From: an uncultured Candidatus Saccharibacteria bacterium
GTDB lineage: Bacteria > Patescibacteriota > Saccharimonadia > Saccharimonadales > CAZNVG01
DNA length: 38,557 bases
Direction: 5' to 3'
Assembly (NCBI GenBank): GCA_964617855.1
Contig: CAZTXC010000002.1
Location: 1 to 38,557, forward strand
Shown piece by piece: positions 17,496 to 26,570 of the stretch; within the stretch, counting starts at the first letter, position 1, and each line of letters opens with the position of its first letter. The notes under the pieces were generated by a model. It was given only the letters and a program-made list of their open reading frames with translations. It did not search any database and had not been told where the DNA came from. A program made the position numbers and the translations under genes.

Positions 17496-18779
17496 GTGAA
17501 TCACGACGTCGAAGAGATCGAACTAGCCAACGGAGCGCGGGGTTTGCTGGTACATGTGCCAAATGCCAGTGTCATGAATTTTGATTTTGAGTTTAGGGCC
17601 GGGCACTATCTAGTACCGCGAAAAAAATGGGAGACCCCGCACATTATGGAGCACATGGTGTTTGGTGCGAATGCCGAATACCCATCAGCAAGAGCCTTCT
17701 GTGCCGACTTTGAAAAAAACGGCGCCTATAGTAATGCATCAACTGATGTTACATCGCTGCATTACCTTGCCGAATGTGCAGACTTTGAGTGGGAACGAAT
17801 TCTCCAGCTACTGCTGCTATCAGTCAGTCAGCCTCGTTTTATCGAGCAGGAGTTTGCTTCGGAATTTGGTAACGTACGCGAGGAGATGATTAGTCGTTCC
17901 AATAATAACTATCGCTTTCTGTTTCAAAAAATGGCCCTCGGAGCTGGCTACATTAGCATGACAGATAAGGAGCGCGTTAAGCTCATGGGTAATGTTGAGC
18001 TTGCAGATATTCGAAGTCATTTTGAACGAACACACACTACAAAAAATCTCCGATTTATTATTTGTGGCGACCTTGGGCAACGTCGTAAAAAAATCCATCA
18101 GTTGCTTAGTAATATACCGCTCCCCAAGGGCGAGCGCTTCGAGTACCCTAAGCAAAAACTCCGCCAACAAAAAGATGTGCTCTACATACGAAAAACTAAT
18201 GTTAAAAACCTTTACTTTAGCCTGGACGCGTTCGCTAATATAGCCTTGTCGCGCGAGCAGGAACGTTGTTTAAACTTGCTTGACGTGATCTTGGGAGAGC
18301 GAGAAGACTCACTTATTTACGGACAGGCTAGAGAGCTGGGCCTTATTTATCATATCGACGTATCGCACATGGCCGGCCTGGACAATGTAAATTGGGGTGT
18401 TAGTGGGCAGGTGAGTGTCGAGAATGCTAAACCATTCTTCAACCTAGTTAAAACCCAGCTAATCAAAGTGCTCGACGGCCATTTACCGAGTGAAGTTGTT
18501 GACGCTGCGCGTGATTATTATGTTGGGGCGCTGCAAATTAGCGTGCAAAAAATTAGTCGTCTGAGCGCCCTCTATAGTCGACGTTACTTTTTAGATGGGC
18601 AAATTCGTAATTACACAGATGTAGCCGAAGAGCTCAGGGTTATTGATCGCGATGCAATTGTCGATACTGCTCGAGAGATATTTGGTAGTAAGTTGTGGGC
18701 GCTTGGTGTGCTGGGAAGCTCTGGAGTAGCTCATGCACGTGAGTTGCGAGACATCGTTAGCCCTGTATGGGAGAATTAG
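17496..18779 (+). CDS. M16 (insulinase/pitrilysin) family zinc peptidase
   Basis: Inverted zinc motif HIMEH (HxxEH). Length and layout fit M16. GTG 17496 lies 5 nt after GGAG and 10 nt after the secA stop. The 17346 start in the track would overlap secA by 140 nt. Confidence 0.75.
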   Translation: MNHDVEEIELANGARGLLVHVPNASVMNFDFEFRAGHYLVPRKKWETPHIMEHMVFGANAEYPSARAFCADFEKNGAYSNASTDVTSLHYLAECADFEWERILQLLLLSVSQPRFIEQEFASEFGNVREEMISRSNNNYRFLFQKMALGAGYISMTDKERVKLMGNVELADIRSHFERTHTTKNLRFIICGDLGQRRKKIHQLLSNIPLPKGERFEYPKQKLRQQKDVLYIRKTNVKNLYFSLDAFANIALSREQERCLNLLDVILGEREDSLIYGQARELGLIYHIDVSHMAGLDNVNWGVSGQVSVENAKPFFNLVKTQLIKVLDGHLPSEVVDAARDYYVGALQISVQKISRLSALYSRRYFLDGQIRNYTDVAEELRVIDRDAIVDTAREIFGSKLWALGVLGSSGVAHARELRDIVSPVWEN

Positions 18780-18782
18780 AGT

Positions 18783-20057
18783 ATGCGTATTGCTATTGCC
18801 GGTTTTGATGTTGAAGGACGAGCTTCTGCCGAGTACTTTGCGAACAAGGGTGCCGAAGTTACTGTACTAGATAACAAAACCGACATTGATGTGCCGCCAG
18901 AGTTCGAAAAGCGGCTCGGAGATGATTGCTTTAATGATGTTGCCGAATTTGATTTAGTCGTTCGTACCCCGAGCTTAAATCCAAAAAAAATTGCCAGCAC
19001 CAAAAAAGTCACAACGGCCACCAAAGAGTTTTTTGCCAATTGCCCAGCACCGATTATTGGCGTGACCGGCACGAAAGGCAAAGGAACAACCTGCACGCTC
19101 ATTTCCGAAATGCTAACGACTGCCGGTAAACGGGCTCACTTGGTTGGGAATATCGGTGTGCCGGCCCTGGGTGAGCTTTCCAAGATTTCACCCGACGACT
19201 TCGTAGTATTCGAGTTGTCGAGCTTTCAGCTGTGGGATCTTGATGTCAGCCCGCACATAGCCGTGGTGTTAATGATTGAGCCTGATCATTTGGATACACA
19301 CGATTCACCTGACGATTACCTAGCTGCGAAGGCTAACATTGTCCGTTACCAGACCAATGAAGATATGGTTATTCATCACCCCAGCAATGCTCTTGTCGCT
19401 GAATTGATTAAGGTATCGCCCGCGAAGAAGTTTCCATATCAAACTGAGCAAGGGGCCCATATTCAGGCTGGATCGATAGTCATCGATGGTCAAACTGTTT
19501 GCGCAGTTGATGAAGTTGGATTGCTCGGGGAACATAACCTAGAGAATATTTGCGCAGCGATTACCGCCGTATGGCAGCTTACTCAGGATGTGTCCGCCAT
19601 TGCCGAGGTAGTAAAGTCGTTCACTGGCTTGCCATTCCACACAGAGCTGGTGTACGAAAAAGGCGGAGTGAAGTATTTTAACGATAGTTTCTCAACAGCA
19701 CCGGCAGCAGCCGTCGCCGCAACCAGGGCGGTTCCAGGCGCTAAAATCGTCATATATGGTGGCTACAATAAGGGGGCAGACTTGATGCCAATTGCCGAGG
19801 TTGCCAAAACAGAATCCGTTAAAAAGGTACTACTTATTGGTCAAACTGCGCCGATAATCGCCAAGCACATGCAATCAGTTGGTTTTAGCAGTTACGAGAT
19901 CATGACTGGTGATTTTGCAGCTACAGTTGCTCGGGCCGCTGAACTGGCTAAGCCGGGCGATAGCGTGGTTTTAAGCCCAGGTTGTGCAAGTTTTGACATG
20001 TTCAAGAACTATAAAGACCGAGGTGAAGCATTTAATCGACTGGTTAACGGCTTGTAA
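18783..20057 (+). CDS. murD: UDP-N-acetylmuramoyl-L-alanine--glutamate ligase (MurD, possibly the L-Glu-adding MurD2 type)
   Basis: Rossmann N-terminus MRIAIAGFDVEGRA, P-loop GVTGTKGKGTT, and Mur ligase middle and C-terminal domains. Confidence 0.9.
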   Translation: MRIAIAGFDVEGRASAEYFANKGAEVTVLDNKTDIDVPPEFEKRLGDDCFNDVAEFDLVVRTPSLNPKKIASTKKVTTATKEFFANCPAPIIGVTGTKGKGTTCTLISEMLTTAGKRAHLVGNIGVPALGELSKISPDDFVVFELSSFQLWDLDVSPHIAVVLMIEPDHLDTHDSPDDYLAAKANIVRYQTNEDMVIHHPSNALVAELIKVSPAKKFPYQTEQGAHIQAGSIVIDGQTVCAVDEVGLLGEHNLENICAAITAVWQLTQDVSAIAEVVKSFTGLPFHTELVYEKGGVKYFNDSFSTAPAAAVAATRAVPGAKIVIYGGYNKGADLMPIAEVAKTESVKKVLLIGQTAPIIAKHMQSVGFSSYEIMTGDFAATVARAAELAKPGDSVVLSPGCASFDMFKNYKDRGEAFNRLVNGL

Positions 20058-21334
20058 TGAAACAATTCATTTTTGATAGCTACAGTTTTGATGCCAAAAC
20101 TTCAACAGCAGAGTTTAACTATCGTTTTGACAATGAGCTCCATTTTTCCGAGAAAACTATCTTTCCCACGAGTGCTGAAAGTTTTGATGCCGAACTGCTT
20201 GATGCAGCGTTGCGTCACGCGTTTTTAATTCTTGGCATAACCTACTTTAGGTCCTACCCAGACGTTGAAATTGTTATTCAGCCATTCGAACTCAGTCAAA
20301 AACAAGCAGACTATTTTAATAGCATCTACCGAAATGGACTTGGGGAATTCTGGTTTGTGAACAATTTATCGCCTGATGTATTCAAAGGCTTCTCGGCAGG
20401 GAGCAGCGACCCAGATGCACCAAGGCCATATGGTGGAGATGGTATCTTACTACTCTCGACAGGAGGGAAGGACTCGCTGCTTTCGAGCTTGTTGCTTCAG
20501 AAAGCTAAGAAGTCCTTTACACCTATATTCTTATCCAGAGATAACTACTACCCATTAATGCTGGACAAAATCACCGGCCAACCTCCGTTGTTGCTGGATC
20601 GTCGTATCGACTGGGCCCAGCGTCGTGAAATTGCTGCTGGTGGCGGCTTGATTGGGCATGTGCCGTTTTCTGCCATGATTGCTTCGTTGTTCCTCATTGC
20701 TGCAGTCTTGAATAATAAGAACATCGTTGTTGCCTCTAACGAATCATCGGCCAACGAGGGAAATGCGAAAATTGGGGACTTTGTTGCTAACCACGCATGG
20801 TCAAAATCGTACGAGTACGAATTAATGCTCCAAGACTATATTCATGCATTCATGAGTCCAGATTTGCAGTATGTATCCTTGCTGCGAGCCTATACTGATC
20901 TGTACATCTCGGAGCAATTTGTAGCACTAGGCTGGGAGAAGTACGGTCATTTATTTGCATCATGCAATCGAGCTAACTATAAACAAGGCGCTCAAACACA
21001 AGAGCTAAAGTGGTGTGCAGAGTGTGATAAGTGCGCGAACAGCTGGTTGACGCTCGCCCCGTTCCTTCCACCAAGCGAGTTAATACATTTGTTTGGCCGA
21101 AACCTTATTAAAGATCCTGCAATGAAGCAAAACTTCTTAGACCTACTTGGCTTAGGTGAGCATAAGCCATTTGAATGTGTTGGCACCGAAGAGGAACTTA
21201 GGGTTGCCTACCATATGGCAAGTGGTAAATACACCGAGTATGTTTTTGATGGCGTAGATGTACCTCGGGCCGACGACTATGACTATAAGCATCTTGATGA
21301 GCAGCAGCCACTCGCGGTGGAGCTATTGAAATAA
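20057..21334 (+). CDS. PP-loop (adenine-nucleotide alpha-hydrolase) protein with a Cys4 cluster; candidate UDP-MurNAc-L-Ala-L-Glu epimerase MurL
   Basis: LLLSTGGKDS (SGGxDS-type PP-loop) and C-x17-CAECDKC (QueC-like zinc cluster). TAATG stop/start overlap with murD. The MurL assignment is inferred from synteny plus ATP-pyrophosphatase motifs. Confidence 0.45.
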   Translation: MKQFIFDSYSFDAKTSTAEFNYRFDNELHFSEKTIFPTSAESFDAELLDAALRHAFLILGITYFRSYPDVEIVIQPFELSQKQADYFNSIYRNGLGEFWFVNNLSPDVFKGFSAGSSDPDAPRPYGGDGILLLSTGGKDSLLSSLLLQKAKKSFTPIFLSRDNYYPLMLDKITGQPPLLLDRRIDWAQRREIAAGGGLIGHVPFSAMIASLFLIAAVLNNKNIVVASNESSANEGNAKIGDFVANHAWSKSYEYELMLQDYIHAFMSPDLQYVSLLRAYTDLYISEQFVALGWEKYGHLFASCNRANYKQGAQTQELKWCAECDKCANSWLTLAPFLPPSELIHLFGRNLIKDPAMKQNFLDLLGLGEHKPFECVGTEEELRVAYHMASGKYTEYVFDGVDVPRADDYDYKHLDEQQPLAVELLK

Positions 21335-21346
21335 GAGATAACCACC

Positions 21347-21352
21347 TATAAT
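21347..21352 (+). promoter_or_regulatory. Putative -10 TATAAT, exactly 6 nt upstream of the prfB ATG
   Basis: TATAAT at 21347-21352, spacer gacgtc, ATG 21359. TTGAAA lies 15 nt upstream. No SD. Confidence 0.4.
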
Positions 21353-21358
21353 GACGTC

Positions 21359-22447
21359 ATGACTGACGCAACAGCAAAAACCATTACAACCTTAGTAGGT
21401 GAGGTTGCTGATGCTATGCACAAACTCAGAATTGAAGACAAAGCCGCCGAACTAGCCAGCGCGCAAGCCTCAATGACTGCGGCAGATTTCTGGGACAATG
21501 CTGAAGTTGCACAGGCAATAACAAGAAGGGCTTCAAAGCTTGAGCGAGCTATCACTCCTTGGCAGGACTTGCTCGCAGAACTCACCGATCTCCATGAGCT
21601 AGCCAGACTTAAAGACTCAGGCATGGAGCAAGAGCTAAACGAAAACCTAGCCAGACTGCAAAAAACATACGCCGACTTAAAGCAGCAACTACTGTTTAGT
21701 GGAAAATATGACGATCACGATGCCATTCTGAGCATTCATGCTGGCGCAGGTGGCACTGATGCGCAGGATTGGGCCGGCATGTTGCATCGTATGTATGTTC
21801 GCTGGGCAGAGGCTAATGAGCTTGAGGTTACAACAATTGATGAGTCAGCAGGTGAGGAGGCAGGGCTCAAAAGCGTTACCGTAACCATCAGTGGAGATAA
21901 TGCCTATGGTCGATTGAGAGGTGAGCATGGTGTGCACCGTTTAGTGAGGCTTAGCCCCTTTAACTCGGATAACTTACGTCAAACTTCTTTCGCCAAAGTT
22001 GAAGTCCTGCCACAGATAGATGAACCTGAAGAGCTGGTAGTTGATGAAAAAGAACTGAAGATAGATGTCTACCGGGCCGGTGGGCACGGTGGGCAGTCAG
22101 TTAATACCACCGACTCCGCAGTGCGCATAACCCATATTCCAACCGGGATTGTCGTGAGCATTCAGAACGAACGCTCACAATTGCAGAATAAAGAGACAGC
22201 TTTGAAGGTGCTTCGATCAAAGCTTGCGCAACAGGCAATTGAGCAACACCAGGAACAAGTGAGCGAGTTAAAGGGGCCTAACGAATCGGCCGAGTGGGGT
22301 AGGCAGATTCGATCGTATGTATTGCACCCATACAAGCAAGTCAAAGACCTTCGCACCCGTTATGAATCGAGTGATCCCGATAAAGTACTCGATGGCAATC
22401 TCAATGACTTTATTAATGCATACCTTGAGTATAATCTCGGTCAATAG
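21359..22447 (+). CDS. prfB: Peptide chain release factor 2, encoded without a programmed frameshift
   Basis: SPF tripeptide (RLSPFNSD) and GGQ (GGHGGQSVNTT). A single uninterrupted 362-aa frame. Confidence 0.95.
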   Translation: MTDATAKTITTLVGEVADAMHKLRIEDKAAELASAQASMTAADFWDNAEVAQAITRRASKLERAITPWQDLLAELTDLHELARLKDSGMEQELNENLARLQKTYADLKQQLLFSGKYDDHDAILSIHAGAGGTDAQDWAGMLHRMYVRWAEANELEVTTIDESAGEEAGLKSVTVTISGDNAYGRLRGEHGVHRLVRLSPFNSDNLRQTSFAKVEVLPQIDEPEELVVDEKELKIDVYRAGGHGGQSVNTTDSAVRITHIPTGIVVSIQNERSQLQNKETALKVLRSKLAQQAIEQHQEQVSELKGPNESAEWGRQIRSYVLHPYKQVKDLRTRYESSDPDKVLDGNLNDFINAYLEYNLGQ

Positions 22448-22479
22448 ACGGTAGCGATCTCTTTTGTCTGATTCGCTTA

Positions 22480-22488
22480 TGGTAAACT
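22480..22488 (+). promoter_or_regulatory. Extended -10 TGgTAAACT upstream of ftsE
   Basis: TGg then TAAACT (22483-22488), 10 nt before ATG 22499. Confidence 0.3.
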
Positions 22489-22498
22489 AGGGTAGCAT

Positions 22499-23182
22499 AT
22501 GATTTTGCTGGACCGCGTTACTAAAGTATATGGTGATAAGACAACTGCCCTAAACAGGATCTCTCTCCACGTTGAACCGAAAGAGTTTGTCGTGGTTGTG
22601 GGGGTAAGTGGTGCCGGTAAAAGCACTCTGATGAAGTTGTTGACTCGTGAAGAGAAGCCGACTAGTGGCAAGATAGTTATAGGCGGTATTGATTACGACC
22701 GGCTCAAAGATCGTGATATCCCGTTACTCCGCCGCAAGATAGGGGTGGTTTTCCAGGATTTTAAGCTACTTTCCAACAAGACTGTATTCGAAAATGTAGC
22801 CTTCGCATTAGAAATTGTTGGCATGGGTAACCGCGAGATCCGTCGAACGGTTCCGAAGGTATTATCGATTGTTGGTTTGACCGGCAAGGAAAATAACTAC
22901 CCCAAGGAATTATCAGGTGGGGAGCGTCAGCGGGTGGCTATCGCGCGGGCCATTGTGCGTCAGCCAAAGATTCTGATAGCGGATGAGCCAACCGGCAACC
23001 TGGACCCAAAGCATGCTTGGGATGTTATTAACGTATTACTAAAGATCAACAAATATGGCACCACGGTACTTCTAACGACTCACAATAAAGAAATCGTTGA
23101 CGCCCTTAAGCGGCGGGTTGTAACCATTAAGGGTGGGCAAGTGGCGAGCGATGAGGCAGAAGGAGCCTACACGCTCAAATGA
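22499..23182 (+). CDS. ftsE: Cell-division ABC ATPase FtsE
   Basis: GVSGAGKST Walker A, LSGGERQRVAIARA signature, ILIADEPTGNLD Walker B. Followed by ftsX. Confidence 0.92.
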   Translation: MILLDRVTKVYGDKTTALNRISLHVEPKEFVVVVGVSGAGKSTLMKLLTREEKPTSGKIVIGGIDYDRLKDRDIPLLRRKIGVVFQDFKLLSNKTVFENVAFALEIVGMGNREIRRTVPKVLSIVGLTGKENNYPKELSGGERQRVAIARAIVRQPKILIADEPTGNLDPKHAWDVINVLLKINKYGTTVLLTTHNKEIVDALKRRVVTIKGGQVASDEAEGAYTLK

Positions 23183-24141
23183 AGTTTAAGAGCTCGCTCG
23201 TAACACTGCGTCGTCTCAGCATAGCTGGGATTAAGAACGTTGGGAGAAACGCTTGGTTGAGTGTAGCCGCAACTATTGTTATGTACGTTGCATTGGTTGT
23301 GATCTTGGCGGGCGCAGCATTAAACCTGATTATGCGGGACACTATCAATCAATATTCTGAGCAGTTTACTGTTGCTGTATATCTTCGAGATGATGCGCCA
23401 GTTAAGCGGGTTGAATCCCTTAAACAAGAGCTTGAAAAGCAGTCTTTTGTTCGAAAAGTAAACTTTATCTCCAAACAAGATGCTCTCAACCGCTTCCAGA
23501 AACGGTTCGAGGAAAACCCAGAAATTCTTGAGGGTTTCAATGTGGCGGGCGGTAACTCACTGCCAGCAAGCTTTGAAGTCGTGCTAAACGATTTGCAGCG
23601 CAGCAAGGATGTTGAGCCTGTGGCAACCGGGAGCAACTACAATAAGGATACGGTCAGTACTGTTAGTGTGGGTAAGACTAGCAAGAACAAGAAGGATGCT
23701 GAACGTACTGTTGAGTGGGTGGCAAACGCCAAGCAAACTCTTGCTAAGGTGAGTATTGCTGCATCAATTGTATTTGCAGGCATTTCGGTATTGATTATCT
23801 TTAACACCATCAGAATGGCCATTTTTACGAGAGCAGAAGAGATCCGTATTATGAAGTTAATCGGAGCAACACCAGGCTATATTCGTGGGCCATTTTTGGT
23901 TGAGGCGTCTTTTTACGGTTTGCTGGCTGCCACGTTAGCGTATGGCACAGTCACGGCAGGTTTGGTGGCTTTATCTCGTAGTGGGGCTGTGCTTAACCAG
24001 CTATCAGTTACGAATACCATTGTGCTCTACAAGAGCAACTGGATAGTGATTTATCTGGCGACAGTAGCAGTTGGTGTGGTCATTGGGCTATTCTCAAGTC
24101 TGCTCGCCATGGAGAAACACCTCAAACTAAAGAAGTGGTAG
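23179..24141 (+). CDS. ftsX: Cell-division permease-like protein FtsX
   Basis: TM1, a large extracellular loop, then three C-terminal TM helices with MKLIGATPGYIRGPF. ATGA overlap with ftsE. Confidence 0.9.
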   Translation: MKFKSSLVTLRRLSIAGIKNVGRNAWLSVAATIVMYVALVVILAGAALNLIMRDTINQYSEQFTVAVYLRDDAPVKRVESLKQELEKQSFVRKVNFISKQDALNRFQKRFEENPEILEGFNVAGGNSLPASFEVVLNDLQRSKDVEPVATGSNYNKDTVSTVSVGKTSKNKKDAERTVEWVANAKQTLAKVSIAASIVFAGISVLIIFNTIRMAIFTRAEEIRIMKLIGATPGYIRGPFLVEASFYGLLAATLAYGTVTAGLVALSRSGAVLNQLSVTNTIVLYKSNWIVIYLATVAVGVVIGLFSSLLAMEKHLKLKKW

Positions 24142-25301
24142 ATTTACAGGGGTTGACAGGAGGGCGCATAACCATTAGAATAATAAAAGCTATGTCCACC
24201 ACGACAAAAGCAAACATTACCCGTTATGTAAGGGTTGCCTTGGCAACTCTGTTTGTCGTATTGACGATGGCGCCCATTGGCCATGCTCAAACTACTGCCG
24301 AGCTAAACCAAAAGGCGGCTGAGTTGCAGCGACAAATTGAAGAAGGTAATAAGATTGCCGCCGATCTCAAGGCCCAAGCAGATACACTCGAGAACAAGCT
24401 AGCGGAGCTTAACAAGCAAATCGCAGATGTTAGTGCTCAGATCACCGACACAACAACCAAAATAGACGCGCTCACAGTAAAGTTAGATGAAACAACAAAG
24501 GAGCTAGAGCGCCAGAAGAGTCTATTGCGGGCAAGTATGCGCGAGCTATACGTGAGCGGGGATGTATCGACCATCGAGATGCTGGCAAACAGCAATAATT
24601 TCTCTGAGTTTATTGACGAACAGAAGTATTTAGAGCAACTAAAGACAGGCATCCAAGACTCAACCAAGCGCGTGATCGTCCTCAAGAATGAGATCGAGAG
24701 CCAAAAGAAGCAACAAGAACAACTCAAGGAGCAGCAGCAAGCTCAGCAAGAACAGCTAACGGGCGCCAAGAATGAACAAGCCACGCTACTTGATCAGACT
24801 CGTGGCGATGAGGCGCGGTACCAAGACTTAGTTAAAGATCTGCGTAAGCAACAGGCTGACGTGAATGCCCAGCTCGCGGCGCGTTTGAGTGTTAATAGTC
24901 TGACCGCAGGTGTGCCGTGTGGAGGCGGGTATCCGGCCATATGGTGTAACGCTGAGCAGGACTCCCTGGTTGATATGTGGGGTATGTATAACCGCGAATG
25001 CGTGTCGTACACGGCTTTCCGTGTCTGGGCTAGTGGCCGCAACATGCCGTACTGGGGCGGGCATGGAAATGCTAACCAGTGGCCTGGTAACGCGCGAGCG
25101 GTAGGTATCCCTGTTGATAACTCGCCGCGGGTCGGTGACGTAGCGGTTTCGATGGCAGGTTATTACGGTCACACGATGTATGTCGAGGCGGTATACGACA
25201 ATGGTACGATTCTTGTCTCACAGTACAACTTCGATTACAACGGAACGTACAGTACCATGGTCATTCGCACAGGCAGCCTACAGTTTATTCATTTCCCGTA
25301 A
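24135..25301 (+). CDS. Secreted coiled-coil plus CHAP-domain peptidoglycan hydrolase (PcsB-like)
   Basis: Signal peptide (...VALATLFVVLTMAPIGHAQ), about 220 aa of Q/E/K-rich coiled coil, and a C-terminal CHAP domain (NRECVSYTAF Cys, GHTMYVEAV His, SQYN). GTG 24135 overlaps the ftsX stop. ATG 24192 is an equally plausible start. Confidence 0.75.
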   Translation: MVDLQGLTGGRITIRIIKAMSTTTKANITRYVRVALATLFVVLTMAPIGHAQTTAELNQKAAELQRQIEEGNKIAADLKAQADTLENKLAELNKQIADVSAQITDTTTKIDALTVKLDETTKELERQKSLLRASMRELYVSGDVSTIEMLANSNNFSEFIDEQKYLEQLKTGIQDSTKRVIVLKNEIESQKKQQEQLKEQQQAQQEQLTGAKNEQATLLDQTRGDEARYQDLVKDLRKQQADVNAQLAARLSVNSLTAGVPCGGGYPAIWCNAEQDSLVDMWGMYNRECVSYTAFRVWASGRNMPYWGGHGNANQWPGNARAVGIPVDNSPRVGDVAVSMAGYYGHTMYVEAVYDNGTILVSQYNFDYNGTYSTMVIRTGSLQFIHFP

Positions 25302-25335
25302 CTTTGGCATAAAGGTGGTTTTGGTTCTAGCTGCG

Positions 25336-25344
25336 TGCTAGAAT
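25336..25344 (+). promoter_or_regulatory. Extended -10 TGcTAGAAT upstream of the S41 protease gene
   Basis: TGc then TAGAAT (25339-25344). The ~27-nt leader carries GAGGGA before GTG 25379. Confidence 0.3.
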
Positions 25345-25378
25345 CTATCGGTATAAGCAGTGAGGGAAGCGAGATTTC

Positions 25379-26560
25379 GTGAAGTCTGTAGATAGTAAAC
25401 TACGTCGGTCGGGTATTATGGCGATTAGTTTACTCCTCGTTTTTTTACTAGGCACTAAGGCTCAGCACATCAGCATAAGTGATGTTGGTGTTGTGGGTAA
25501 TAATAAAAACCTGCCACGAGATCTCGACTTACGGGAGATCGAAGAGGTATACGACACACTCAAAGACGATTTTGACGGTTCACTCGATGCTAAAAAACTT
25601 GTTGAAGGTGTAAAAGCAGGTCTCGTTGATGCCGCGGGCGATCCGTACACTAATTACCTGAGTGCCAACGAAGCTACTCTGTTGAAAACATCTCTGGCTG
25701 GTGAGTTCAGTGGTATCGGCGCTGTACTCGGCAAGGTGGACGATAGACCGATTATAATGTCACCAATCGCTGATTACCCAGCTGCAAAGGCTGGTTTGAA
25801 GGCCAGGGACGTAATTCTAAAGATAAATGGTGCCGATACGGCAGGCATGTCGCTCGATGAGGCGGTGTTAAAAATTCGTGGCGACGAAGGTAGCGTGGTG
25901 ACCTTGGAGTTGGCGAGAGGGGATGAGAGGTTCACTAAACAAATTACGCGCCAGACCATCAAAACCCCAAGTGTGAGTCACGAAATAATTGAAGATGGCA
26001 CTATTGGTTACTTGCGACTGACGCAATTTGGTGAAGACACAGACCAGTTAGCGGACGACGCAGCTCAAGAATTCACCTCAAAAGGAGTTAAGGGTATTAT
26101 TTTGGATCTGCGTGATAACGGCGGCGGGCTATTGCCAAGTTCCACGCACATTGCAGGCATGTGGTTATCTAACCAGGTTGTTGTTCGTGAAAAACGCGAT
26201 GGAAAGGTGCGTGATGAGCTGAGGGGTGATGGGCTGGCTGTATTCAAGGGTAAGCCAACCGTAGTCCTGATAAATGGCGGTACGGCAAGTGCTAGTGAAA
26301 TCGTAGCCGGGGCTTTGAAGGATTATGATGCGGCTACGCTGGTAGGGGAGAAGACCTTTGGTAAGGGCAGTGTGCAATTACCGACACCTCTATCAGGAGG
26401 TGGCACCATAAAAGTCACTATTGCCCATTGGTTTACACCAAAAGACCGCTCGGCCGACAAAGTTGGCTTCAAGCCAGATATCGAGGTTCAGCCTGGAGAT
26501 GGTTCGAGCGATCAACAAAAAGCCAAGGCAATAGAAGTGTTGAAGAGTAAAATTAAGTAA
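25379..26560 (+). CDS. S41 carboxyl-terminal processing protease with PDZ domain
   Basis: N-terminal TM/signal anchor, PDZ (YPAAKAGLKARDVILKINGAD), catalytic GGTASASEIVAGAL (Ser) and FGKGSVQ (Lys). Confidence 0.88.
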   Translation: MKSVDSKLRRSGIMAISLLLVFLLGTKAQHISISDVGVVGNNKNLPRDLDLREIEEVYDTLKDDFDGSLDAKKLVEGVKAGLVDAAGDPYTNYLSANEATLLKTSLAGEFSGIGAVLGKVDDRPIIMSPIADYPAAKAGLKARDVILKINGADTAGMSLDEAVLKIRGDEGSVVTLELARGDERFTKQITRQTIKTPSVSHEIIEDGTIGYLRLTQFGEDTDQLADDAAQEFTSKGVKGIILDLRDNGGGLLPSSTHIAGMWLSNQVVVREKRDGKVRDELRGDGLAVFKGKPTVVLINGGTASASEIVAGALKDYDAATLVGEKTFGKGSVQLPTPLSGGGTIKVTIAHWFTPKDRSADKVGFKPDIEVQPGDGSSDQQKAKAIEVLKSKIK

Positions 26561-26570
26561 AGGAATCGTG

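Noticed and set aside
21359-22447. Programmed +1 frameshift site in prfB
   Set aside because: I looked for the usual early in-frame TGA (CTT TGA C context near codon 25). The gene is one continuous 362-aa frame from ATG 21359, so no frameshift autoregulation is present.
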